From NCBI RefSeq assembly GCF_006345805.1, contig NC_043011.1:43784464-43848463 (forward strand): DNA of 64,000 nt. Reading direction: 5' to 3'. This stretch comes from Octopus sinensis. Taxonomy: Eukaryota. The position numbers and the translations under genes are program-made. Position 1 is the stretch's first letter; the number at the start of each line of letters is the position of its first letter. The notes under the pieces were generated by a model. That model had not been told where the DNA came from and did no database searches. It saw only the letters and a list, made by a program, of their open reading frames with translations. Shown here piece after piece: positions 1-10,766 of the stretch.

Positions 1-7
1 TAATGAT

Positions 8-56
<49 letters not shown>

Positions 57-159
57 GTAATTGTAATAACAATAATAATTCAGGGAATGGACAGGGTAGA
101 TAATATCAAAATGGTAATTTTTATTTTGAAATTATCAACCATGTCTATTTCCTATGAAC

Positions 160-204
<45 letters not shown>

Positions 205-210
<6 letters not shown>

Positions 211-408
211 GTTTTAAATTTTGCCACAAGGGCAGCAATTTTGGAGAAGGGGTTAAGTCGATTACATCGACCCCAGTGCATAACTGGTATTTATTTTATC
301 AACCCCGAAAGGATGGAAGGGAAAGTTGACCTTGGCAGAATTCAAACCCAGAACGTAAAGAGCTTGACAAAATGCTGCCGAGCATTTTGTCGGGCGCTAA
401 TGGTTAAC

Positions 409-456
<48 letters not shown>

Positions 457-1125
457 TCTTAAGGTGGTGGGCTGGCAGAATTTTTGGCATGCTGGGCAAA
501 ATGCTTAGTGGCATTTTATTTCTCTTTATGTTCTGAGTTCAAATTCCACTGAGGTCGACTTTGCATTTTATCATTTAAGGGTCAATAAAATAAGTACCAG
601 TTGAGTACTGGGGGTCAATGTAAGCAACTAGACCCCTTCCCCGAAATTTTCAGGCCTTGTGCTTATAGCAGAAAGGAACAATAATGATTCTTTCTAAATG
701 TGGTACGAGCCCAGAAATTTCGAGCAGAGGGGACAAGTTGATTACATCGGTCCCAATACTTGACTGGTACCTATTTTTTTGACTCCAAAAGGACAAAAGG
801 CAAAGCTGACCTCTGCAGAAATTGAACTCAGAACCTAGCGAGTCAGAAAAGATGCTGCTAAGCATTTTGTCTGATGCAGTAACAATTAACAGTAATAATA
901 ATAATGGTTTAAGCTTTGGCACAAGGCCAGCAATTTTCAGGGAGGGATGGGGCAGGTCGATTATATTGACCTCCAGTTCTTGATTTGTACTTTCTTTTAT
1001 CGATCCTGAAAGGATCAAAGGTAAAGTTGACCTTGGTGGTATTTGAACTCAGAATGTCATCCCAGAAGAAATGTCACAAAGCATCCTTCTGATGAGCTAA
1101 CGGTTCTGTTAGCTCACCACCTTCA
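205..1125. mobile_element. Four degenerate SINE family A copies in mixed orientation, separated by (AAT)n
   Basis: Recurring gagttcaaattcc / cctttcatcc / gtcgataaaataagtaccag motifs at about 210-400 (-), 460-665 (+), 690-880 (-) and 905-1125 (-). Confidence 0.8.
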
Positions 1126-1388
1126 GTAGAATAATTATAACTGTAATAATTAATAATAATGATATTAAAATATTTGTATAACAGTAAATTCGTTGAGAAG
1201 TCTTTTTTTTTTTTTATAAAATGTTCTCAAAAGAAAAATAAGAAAATAAAAATATTTTTGCAATGTAAAAAAAAATATTTAGCAATTAAATTTCGTCTTT
1301 TTTCTGTCTTGTATTTTTTTTTTAAGTCTTTTTTCTGCAAGACATGTTGGAATACTTCTAGTGCAATTGTTTCATGATCGAAGTGAAA

Positions 1389-1535
1389 CTAGCGATGGTT
1401 GTCAAGAGTAACAGCTGTCTCACAGCCTGAACTTGATGAAGCTTGTGATATACTTCGTGCATCCGGGATTTTGTAAGTAGTGAGTTCATAGTTCTCTCGA
1501 TTTTCTGGTGTGAAGAAGTCCGATAATTTATAGAT
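1389..1535 (-). CDS. PAP2 phosphatase terminal coding exon (cytoplasmic C-terminal tail)
   Basis: Acceptor tttttgttttcccaacag|ATC at 1536/1535. The phase-0 frame reads IYKLSDFFTPENRENYELTTYKIPDARSISQASSSSGCETAVTLDNHR then TAG at 1391-1389. The start resembles the YVSDFF segment after TM6 in LPPs. Confidence 0.85.
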   Translation of the reverse strand: MYKLSDFFTPENRENYELTTYKIPDARSISQASSSSGCETAVTLDNHR

Positions 1536-1584
1536 CTGTTGGGAAAACAAAAATGCAGAGTAAGACTATTTTTGACTATGTAGA

Positions 1585-1870
1585 TCAATGCTCCGCTACC
1601 TTTTTTTCACTTGTGGTACACTTATATTCTTTTCAAAATTCGGTGGCACACCTGAACTAAAAATATAGGGAAAAAACTTATATTCAGGTTACACGGTGGA
1701 ACACCTAGCATCGTCTCTTGGCACATCAATGTGCCGCGACATACCAGTTGTGGTACATTTATATTCTTTTTAAAATTCAGCAACACACCTGAACTAGAAA
1801 TATAACTAAAAATATAGGGAAAAAACTATATTCAAGTTACACTGTGGCACACCTAGCATCGTCAGTTGGT
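1585..1870. mobile_element. MITE-like repeat (possibly hAT) with internal tandem unit; second copy at about 21706-21900
   Basis: gctccgctaccttttttcacttg-ggcacactt...acacctagcatcgtc...gtgccgcg found at both loci. The superfamily is inferred only from general resemblance. Confidence 0.6.
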
Positions 1871-2186
1871 CAGTGTCTGTCAAACCGTCCAACGCATGCC
1901 AGCATGTAACTGATGTTACATGATGAAGATGATGATGATGATGATGATGATGATTAGCTCCGTCTCTCCATCAAATCAACATTACCTGTACAGGTGCGTT
2001 GTGTGCAACTTATCAGATAGCGAAGTCATTGCAGAGCAACACAAAATGAAGTGTTTTGCTTATGAACACAATACACCATTCGTCCGGGGAATTGAACTCA
2101 TGGTCTCGCAATTGTGAGTGCTACAGCTCAAACATGGGACCAGGTTGCCTTAAATTCTGTAATATCAACGAAGAAGTGTAACTTAC

Positions 2187-2363
2187 CACAATTAAACAGA
2201 CGATGATGCCGAGGGAGCCCCCAGCCAATACATCACTCCAATGGTGCTTATAGTCAGATATTCGGGTGAAGCAGGTGTAAATACCCAGGGATATGGCGAT
2301 GAGCTCCAGAAGGGCTTTTGGCATTGACCCCAGCTTAGAAGGTAACGTCACGTGGACATAAAT
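2187..2363 (-). CDS. PAP2 phosphatase 177-nt exon with catalytic motif C3
   Basis: Acceptor tatctttcag|ATT at 2364/2363, donor GTG|GTAAGT at 2187/2186; phase 0-0. Encodes IYVHV...TRISDYKHHWSDVLAGGSLGIIVCLIV, matching (S/T)RxxxxxHxxxD. Confidence 0.95.
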
Positions 2364-2402
2364 CTGAAAGATACATGCATGTAGTTATGAGTATAAATAT
2401 AC

Positions 2403-2770
2403 CACACACACACACACATACATACATACATACATACATACATACATACATACATACATACATACACTTATATTCGTAGAAATATCTACTTATATATACA
2501 TGCATGCACACACATCTACATACACAGTGATATCTACATGCTCGCACACACACACACGCATGCACGCAAACACACACACACAGACGTATACACACACACA
2601 TATACATATATACAAACACATATACCTGCATACATACATACATACATACATACATACATACACCAACTTACGTTGCTACATATGCACAAACCTACACACA
2701 CCTATGTACACACAGACACGCACACACATGCATACACAGAGGAATAGTAGTAGTAGAAGCAGCAGCAGCA

Positions 2771-2806
<36 letters not shown>

Positions 2807-2878
2807 GTAGTAGTGATAGTAGCAGTAGTAGTAGTGATAGTAATAGGAGTAGTAGTAATAGTGATAGTAGTAGTGGTG

Positions 2879-2921
<43 letters not shown>

Positions 2922-3030
2922 CGATAGTAGTAGTAGTAGCAGCGATAGTAGTAGTAGTAGTTGTAGTAGTAGTAGCGATAGTAGTAGTAGTATAGTAGTA
3001 GTAGTAGTAGTAGTAGTAGTTGTGGTGGTG
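2403..3030. repeat. Intronic (CA)n/(TACA)n and (TAG)n/(TGG)n microsatellites filling the intron between two PAP2 exons
   Basis: Seen directly; the intron spans 2364-3042. Confidence 0.95.
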
Positions 3031-3042
3031 TTGAATATTTAC

Positions 3043-3100
3043 CGCCAGGAACAGCATGGAGAACGTGGCAAACGACGAGTGGCCAGATACGAAAGATAAT
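3043..3100 (-). CDS. PAP2 phosphatase 58-nt exon with catalytic motif C2
   Basis: Acceptor gttttcttttccag|A at 3101/3100, donor GCG|GTAAAT at 3043/3042. Completes the Arg codon (AG|A) and encodes LSFVSGHSSFATFSMLFLA; phases fit both neighbours. Confidence 0.93.
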
Positions 3101-3159
3101 CTGGAAAAGAAAACAAAAGGAGTGAAAAGGGACAAAAAAAACAAAAACAAACATCAGTG

Positions 3160-4003
3160 AAACAATACCTATTTCTTTATAAGGGGCTGAACACAGAGAG
3201 GACAAACAAGGACAGACAAACGGATTAAGTCGATTATATCGACTCCAGTGCGTAACTGGTATTTAATTTATCGACCCCCAAAAGGATGAAAGGCAAAGTC
3301 GACCTCGGCGGAATTTGAACTCAGAACGTAACGGCAGACGAAATACCTATTTCTTTACTACCCACAAGGGGCTAAACACAGAGAGGACAAACAAGGACAG
3401 ACAGACGGATTAAGTCGATTGTATCGACCCCAGTGCGTAACTGGTATTTAATTTATCGACCCCAAAAGGATGAAAGGCAAATTCGGCGGAATTTGAACTC
3501 AGAACGTAACGGCAGACGAAATACCTATTTCTTTACTACCCACAAGGGGCTAAACACAGAGAGGACAAACAAGGACAGACCAACGGATTATATCGACCCC
3601 AGTGCGTAACTGGTACTTAATTTATCGTCACATAACCCTGCCGATAATAAGGCGGCGATCTGGCAGAAACGTTTGCACGCCGGGCGAAATGCGCAGCCGT
3701 ATTTCATCTGCCGTTACGTTCTGAGTTCAAATTCCGCCGAGGTCGACTTTGCCTTTCATCCTTTCGGGGTCGATTAAATAAGTACCAGTTACGCACTGGG
3801 GTTGATGTAATCGACTTAATCCGTTTGTCTGTCCTTGTTTGTCCCTTCTGTGTTTAGCCCCTTGTGGGTAGTAAAGAAATAGGTACTTAATTTATCGACC
3901 CCGAAAGGATGAAAGGCAAAGTCGACCTCGGCGGTATTTGAACTCAGAACGTAACGGCAGACGAAATACGGCTACGCATTTCGCCCGGCGTGCTCACGTT
4001 TCT
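3160..4003. mobile_element. SINE family A cluster in a PAP2 intron: minus-strand tandem units with a plus-strand full copy nested inside
   Basis: Plus copy 3646-3881 (aaggcggcgatctggcagaa...gagttcaaattcc...aaagaaata) is flanked by 16-bp direct repeat ggtacttaatttatcg (3612-3627, 3882-3897). About 180-bp minus units fill 3160-3627. Confidence 0.9.
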
Positions 4004-4088
4004 TCCGTACGGCGGAAGTGATAAGCAAAATAAATAAATAAAAAATTTTTTTAAAATAATCCAAAGACCAGTAAAAATGTTTCCTTAC

Positions 4089-4387
4089 CTGCTTTGTTTA
4101 ATTAAGAATGTGTCGGAATTCGTACATATGAATGACGTCACATAACCCTGTGAACAGTTATACGTTGATTTGTCGGGTCTGCATACATCAATAAAATGGG
4201 GCCGTAGCCTTCCCACTGAGTACTTTGCTACATCTGTCAATAGATAGGTGCTCATCGCGCCAAACATATATATTCCGATCTTGCTGTAGAGTCTTCCGAT
4301 CAGAGCTGGTACTTTCTTCTTCTGCTTGCCCATCAAGCAATAATAGTGCCTATTCGTTTTCTGCGTCACGCATTCTCCGATGATCAT
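4089..4387 (-). CDS. PAP2-family lipid phosphate phosphatase (PLPP1/PLPP3/wunen type), internal exon with catalytic motif C1
   Basis: Acceptor ttccattcgcag|ATG at 4388/4387 and donor AG|GTAAGG at 4089/4088; 299 nt, phase 0 to 2. Encodes MIIGECV...AKYSVGRLRPHF (KxxxxxxRP)...YNCSQGY (N-glycosylation sequon in the loop)...IKQSR. Confidence 0.95.
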
Positions 4388-4485
4388 CTGCGAATGGAAC
4401 ATAGGTATATGTTTTAAGTGATACGCAAAAAAGCCACAAAACAAAACCAAAGACAGAGACAGTTGAAGGAACAACAAACAGGTTG

Positions 4486-4572
4486 TACATTAAATCCTCG
4501 ATTATCGCGGGTGTTACGTTCCAAAGCCCCCCCTCGCGATAAGTGAAAACCCGCGAAGTAAAAACAGTACAG
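4486..4572 (+). mobile_element. Tigger/pogo-like MITE end fragment
   Basis: tacattaaatcctcgattatcgcggg...ccgcgataagtgaaaacccgcgaagta resembles TACAGTAAA.CCTCG-type termini; no partner TIR found. Confidence 0.45.
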
Positions 4573-4600
4573 TATATTTTTAAAATTGTTTTTATAATTT

Positions 4601-5012
4601 ACTCTTTTTACTCTTTTACTCCTTTCAGTCATTTGACTGTGGCCATGCTGGAGTACCGCCTTTAGTCGGAGAAATCGACCCCAGGACTTATTCTTTGTAA
4701 GCCTAGTACTTATTCTATATTGGTCTCTTTTGCTGAACCGCTAAGTTACGGGGACGTAAACATACCAGCATCGGTTGTCAAGCGATGATGAGGGGGGGTG
4801 CGTAGACACACAAACACATACATACATACATACATATATATATACACGACTGGCTTCTTCCAGTTTCCATCTACCAAATCCACTCACAAGGCTTTGGTCG
4901 GCCCGAGGCTATAGTAGAAGACACTTTCCCACGTTGCCACGCAGTGGGACTGAACCCGGAACCATGTGGTTCGTAAGCAAGCTACTTAGCGCACACAGTC
5001 ACTCCTGCGCCT
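4601..5012 (-). mobile_element. SINE family B (tRNA-like head, internal microsatellite, LINE-like tail)
   Basis: Head ggcgcaggagtg...ccgggttcagtccc; tail ggcggtactccagcatggccacagtcaaatgactgaaa followed by (GTAAAAGA)-like repeats. Confidence 0.88.
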
Positions 5013-5113
5013 GTTTGCGTATTTAACTCATTTGTTTTCGTATTTCATGTTGTTTACTGTTGGCGACGTCCTGTATCCATATACGCATATATATATATAT
5101 ATATATATATATT

Positions 5114-5235
5114 ATACAAATTAAGAGGAATGTCCACTAAAGTGGACACTTAATATGCTAAACATAGACGTCAAATTTGATGTCTATGTTTAACATATTA
5201 AGTGTCCACTTTAGTGGTTATTCTTAATTTTGTAT
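5114..5235. repeat. ~122-bp spacerless palindrome (foldback/MITE-like)
   Basis: Left arm 5114-5175 versus right arm 5176-5235; the inner 42 bp pair with two mismatches. Confidence 0.9.
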
Positions 5236-5364
5236 GTAAACACAATTTTAATCTTCGGATTTTTTAGATTTGCTAAGCACACTGGTTTTAAATATATCAA
5301 TTTTACCCTTATTTAATTATATATATATATATATAATATATATTATTATATATATATAATATAT

Positions 5365-5398
<34 letters not shown>

Positions 5399-5453
5399 AT
5401 ATATATTATATATAGATATATATATACCTCTATATATATATATATATACATAC

Positions 5454-5484
<31 letters not shown>

Positions 5485-5490
5485 CATATA

Positions 5491-5536
<46 letters not shown>

Positions 5537-5566
5537 TATATATACACATATATACTATTTATATTA

Positions 5567-7021
5567 TTTCATTTCATTTCATTTTATTTCATCTAGTTTC
5601 AGCTCACGAGCTGTGGCCATGCTGGGGCACCGCCATTTGGTGTTGCTACGTGATTTTACTTCACGAATGCTTTTTAGCAATTGACATTTGGTGCACGAGA
5701 GAGTTTGATGCAGATGCCCTCATCTGCACCTCCTGCTGTGAAGTTGGTTCATCTGGGACACCTGACAGGAAGAGGTCCAGCTTTATTTTGAAGACATCTG
5801 CATCCACTCCATGCAGGTCTCTCAGGCCCTTCGGGAGGATATTGAAGAGCTGTGCACCTCTGAAGCCCAGACTATTGCAGTATATTGTCCTACATCTTGA
5901 TGGCAAATTTGGATTCCTTGGCACTATGCAGTAGCGCCCAGTTCTAGTATTTGTGTAACTCTCGATGCCAAAGTTTGGGACAAGTCCTTCCAGGATCTTC
6001 CAGATGTATATTATGGCATATCTTTCTCGCCTACGCTCTAAGGAATATAGTTTTAATCTCTTGAGTCTTTCCCAATAGCTTATATGCTGTATAGAGGCTA
6101 TCTTCTTCGTGTAGCTTCGTTGGATTGCCTCAAGTTCTGAGATTAATTTGACACTGGTTGGTAACCATAGCTGAGAGCAATAGTCAAGGTGGCTCAGGAC
6201 AAGTGTCCTCCAGAGGACCATCATGGTTTCCTGGTCTTTTGTTCTAAAAGCTCTAAGAATCCATTCGGTCAGCCGCCTATATTTCATTGCTAATTTAGCA
6301 ACATGCACATGAAAGGTTGCATCATTACTCGTGTAAATACCAAGGTCTCGCACTGATTGTGCTCTGGGATTGCAATCCCTCCAGGTCCAGTGTATTAATT
6401 GGGTATTGCATTTAGTTTTGCATGCTGATAGCACAAAGCTTGAAACTTTTCAGCATTGAACTGCATGCTATTCTTTTCAGCCCACTTGTATATTTCGTCC
6501 AGCTCACATTTCAGGTGCATAGTGTCTTCAGGGTTCAGTATTACCTGCGAAACTTTTGTATCATCTGCATAACTTGTGATCGTGGCTCTCTGTGTGGCTG
6601 AGAGCATGTCTGAGAGGGCCATTATGAACAGCAGTGGTCCCAAAACAGTGCCTTGCGGAACACCGCTCACTATTTGCGTGTCACTGGAGGTGGCCCCATT
6701 GGCTACTACCACCTGACTTCTATCCTTCAGAAAGTCATAAAGCCATTCTCCGAATTTTCCAACTATGCCAAGATCACGTAGTTTGTGACATATCATTCCA
6801 TGATGAACTTTATCAAAGGCCTTTGCAAAGTCGAGATTTCTCACTTCCACATTTGAGTAGTTGAGCAGTTATTTCAGCACCCAGTCATAGTGTTGTAAGA
6901 GCTGAGTTAGGCAAATTCTTCCTGGTCAGAAACCATGTTGGGTGTCAGGCAGCAAGTCATTTTCCTCAAGGAAGATGATTAGTTTCCTTCTGACTATTCG
7001 TTCCATGACTTGCTGATGTGT
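5567..7021 (-). mobile_element. CR1/L2-like LINE, 3' part of ORF2 (reverse transcriptase) plus 3' UTR and (TGAAA)n tail; degenerate and cut by the gap
   Basis: RT motifs QHGF, LDFAKAFDKV, SGVPQGTVLGPLLF and YADDTK, and C-terminal LYSLERRRERY in ORFs 6926-7021, 6395-6850 and 5661-6434. In-frame stops and a frameshift are present; (TTTCA)n on + at 5567-5592. Confidence 0.93.
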
Positions 7022-7121
7022 NNNNNNNNNNNNNNNNNNNNNNNNNNNNNNNNNNNNNNNNNNNNNNNNNNNNNNNNNNNNNNNNNNNNNNNNNNNNNNN
7101 NNNNNNNNNNNNNNNNNNNNN
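7022..7121. other. Assembly gap (100 N, true size unknown)
   Basis: Run of exactly 100 N abutting the LINE fragment. Confidence 0.99.
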
Positions 7122-7949
7122 GGTGGCGGTGGTGGTGGCGGTGGTGGTGGCGGTGGTGGTGGTGGTGGTGGTGTTAAGAGTAAAAATATATTGAAGAATA
7201 CAGATTTAGGTCGACCTTTAACACGTGATATCTGATGGAACGTAAATATAATAGTCATATAATATAATATAAAATATAGTATATATTTGTATGTATATAT
7301 ATATGTGTGTGTGCGAGTGTATATATATATATATGTGTGTGTGTATATATATGTATATATGTGTATATATATATTATATGTGTGTATATAGATATGTATA
7401 TATGTGTGTATATATATGTGAGTGAGTGTTGTATGTGTGTATGTTCGTATCTCTAAACAAATAAGAATGTTCAAACCATAATATGCATATATACACAATG
7501 TATACATATACGCACACATATAACATGCATATATACACGTGTGCACGCGCACGCATGCATGCAAGCACGCCCCCCCCCTCAGATACACACACACAATGAC
7601 TAGCAACAGAATATATAGCACTAATGATGATGATGGTCATGATGATGATGATGAAGAAGAAGAAAGAGGAGGAGTAGGAGAAGATGAAGAAGAAGAGAAA
7701 GAAGACGAAAAAGAAGAAAAGAAGAAGAGGAATAGTCACAACTCCAGCAATAACAATATATTTATGTAACATAAAAAATATGAAACTTCTTCACCAGTTT
7801 AGTGGGTTCCATTTATTTCCTGTTTTTAGACTTTAACATAAAAAAAATATTTTCTAAGTTATTATTGTTGTATTTATCATCATCATCATCATCATCACCA
7901 TCATCATCATCATCGTCGTCATCATCATCAACAATACTATTATTATACT

Positions 7950-8022
7950 GTGTATGCTTCCCTTGTTTATCTTAATTATATGCTGTCAGTTCAGTGTATG
8001 TGTGTGTATATATATATATATC

Positions 8023-8059
<37 letters not shown>

Positions 8060-8261
8060 GTATGTATATATGTATATATATATATATGTATATATATATA
8101 TGTATATATATATGTATATATATATTATGTATGTATATATGTATATATATATAGTATATATATATGTATATATATATGTATATATATGTAATATATATAT
8201 GTCTGTATATATGTATATATATATATGTATGTATATATGTATAATATATATTATGTATATA

Positions 8262-8301
<40 letters not shown>

Positions 8302-8378
8302 TGATATATATATATATATGTTATATATATATATAATATTATGTATATTATATATATATATATAATATATATATATGT

Positions 8379-8422
<44 letters not shown>

Positions 8423-8434
8423 ATATATATATAT

Positions 8435-8488
<54 letters not shown>

Positions 8489-8492
8489 CATA
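7950..8492. repeat. Compound (TA)n/(TATG) microsatellite
   Basis: Seen directly. Confidence 0.97.
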
Positions 8493-8760
8493 CACTCTGT
8501 GGTGGGGGTGCTATTTCATTCTATGTAAACGCCCCACATTTTATGATTGTCTTTATATTGTCCCCCTTATCCATCACCCTAGAGATATCCTTATCATCAT
8601 CATTATCATTACCATAATTATTTTTATCGTATAAAACCATTCTATTAATTTTTATTGTTTGGCTTCTGTTTTTTAGAATTGTGGTTGGAACTTTGAAATC
8701 CACAAAGAAACCCTCTCAAAAAACCAGTAAAACAAACCACACCAAACCCAACAAAACAAA

Positions 8761-9924
8761 TATCCTTTTCTATTCTGGGCACAAGGCACAACATTTTTGG
8801 GAGAGGGGGGGGGGCAGTCGATTAGGTCGACCCCAGTACACATCTGGTACTTAAATTATTGTTCCCGAAAAGATAAAAAGTAAAGTCGAGCTCGATGGAA
8901 TTTGAACTCAGAACGTAAAGACATATGAAACACTGGTAAGCATTACGCCCGGCGTGCTAACGATGATGCCAGCTCGCCACCTTCAAAAGTTGAAGCCAGT
9001 AATATTCTTTTCTATTCTAGGTACAAGGTCCGAAATTTTGTGGGAGGGTGCCAGTCGATTAGATCGACTCCAGTACGCAACTGGTACTTAATTTATCGAC
9101 CCCGAAAGGATGAAAGGCAAAGTCGACCTCGGCAGAATTTGAACTCAGAACATAAAGACAGACGAAATACCGGTAAACATTTCGCCCGGTGCGCTAACGT
9201 TTCTGCCAGGTCGTCGCCTTATTTGCATTAAATATTCTTTTTTGCTCAAAGCACAAGGTCCGAAATTTTTGGGGAGGGGGTCAGCCGATTAGATCGGCCT
9301 CAGTACGCAACTGGTACTTAATTTATCGAACCCGGAAGGATAAAAGTTAAAGTTGACCTCGGCGGAATTTGAACTCAGAACGTAAAGACAGACGAAAAAC
9401 CGGTAAGCATTACGCCCGACGTGCTAACGGTTCTGCCAGCTCCCTCCGCCTTAAAACAAAATCAAACTGAAAAAAAAAAAAAAATTCTGGCAATATACCG
9501 CGCCCCTCACCACTCGAAATTAGAAAACTATCTCAGATTGTTTAAGGAATTCAGTGAAGGAATGATTCCATCAAGGTTTAACTGTCAAACAAGTAAGGTC
9601 AAAGTTCAATGAGAACAATCCAACAAGACACAGTTCGTGCCCCTGACCCAAATACACTCGCACTACACCTCTTAATGCTAACAAACACTGAAACAAGATA
9701 AGACGGCGAGCTGGTGGCAGGATCGTTAGCATGCAGGGCAAAATGATTAACAGACTTTCACTTCCGGTTTTACGTTCTAAGTTCAAGTTCCACCGAAGTT
9801 GACTTTGCTCAAAATACTCTCAGATTTCGAAGAAATAAGTGCCACGGTGAGTAGTAGGGGTCAACGTAATCAACTAACTCGCCTCTCCATAAAAATCTCA
9901 GACCTCGTGCCTAGAGAAGTAAGA

Positions 9925-9925
<1 letters not shown>
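8761..9925. mobile_element. SINE family A cluster: three head-to-tail minus copies and one plus copy with (ATT)n tail
   Basis: Units start at about 8761, 9001 and 9231, each ending at the reverse complement of the ggcgagctggca head; plus copy 9703-9925. Confidence 0.85.
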
Positions 9926-10002
<77 letters not shown>

Positions 10003-10003
<1 letters not shown>

Positions 10004-10757
10004 TATGTTTGACTTTTGCTTTATATTTGTACAAGTTGGCTCCAAGTCTCACCCAGAGACCTCAAGAGACAACAGGTTGGAAGTGCATGTTGTTGTTATG
10101 CCTAGTGTGCCATATATTTGGGGTTTTTTTGGTGTTGTACTAGTGAATGTCTAAAAAACAAAAAAAAACAAAAAACGAAAATTGTTTGTTTTAAGCCTTG
10201 AGATTACATAGAAAGTATTTTGTGTAGGATATGAGCAGTTCCCATGAGCACTATCTTTTGAATTTCTGCCATTTTGGGGTTTCCTGGTATCTGAGTTAGG
10301 TAACAATCAGCCCCTTTTGCTATCATTTCCCAGAGACCTCAAGAGACAACAGGTTGGAAGTTCACGTTGTTGTTATGCCTAGTGTGCCATATATTTGGTT
10401 TTTTTTAGTGTTGTACTAGTGAATGTCTAAAAAAAAAAAAAAACGAAAATTGTTTGTTTTAAGCCTTGAGATTACATAGAAAGTATTTTGCGTAGGATAT
10501 GAGCAGTTCCCATGAGCACTATCTTTTGAATTTCTGCCATTTTTGGGTTTCCTGGTATCTGAGTTAGGTAGCAATCAGCCCTTTTGCTATCATTCCCAGG
10601 GCACCTATGACAACAGGTATTGTTTTAGTCTTCAGGTTCCACATTTTGCTGATTTCTATTTCAAGATCTTTATATTTGCTCAGTTTTTGGTAGGTCTTGA
10701 CACATACGTTTATATCGATTGGGACAGTCATATCAATGAGGAGGCATGTTCTTTGTA
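10003..10757 (-). mobile_element. 3' fragment of a REL-endonuclease non-LTR retrotransposon (R4/Dong-like) with internal tandem duplication
   Basis: Minus strand translates CLLIDMTVPIDINV...KLSKYKDLEIEISKMWNLKTKTIPVVIGALGMIAK and EIQKIVLMGTAHILHKILSM-stop. Flanked by (ATT)n at 9925-10002 and 10757-10823; 10052-10328 is repeated at 10329-10594. Confidence 0.85.
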
Positions 10758-10766
10758 TTATTATTA

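Noticed and set aside
1358-1588. Track ORF overlapping the last PAP2 exon
   Set aside because: Wrong frame; splice phase 0 at 1535 gives the IYKLSDFF... frame ending at 1389.
3160-3627. Regularly spaced repeats superficially like a CRISPR array
   Set aside because: These are ~180-bp tandem SINE units with no unique spacers, in a eukaryotic intron with no cas genes.
8690-8720. Minus-strand LRGFLCG resembling the missing RGFFC motif
   Set aside because: No DxSIxYPY or hydrophobic segment follows, a stop comes soon after, and splice sites are poor.
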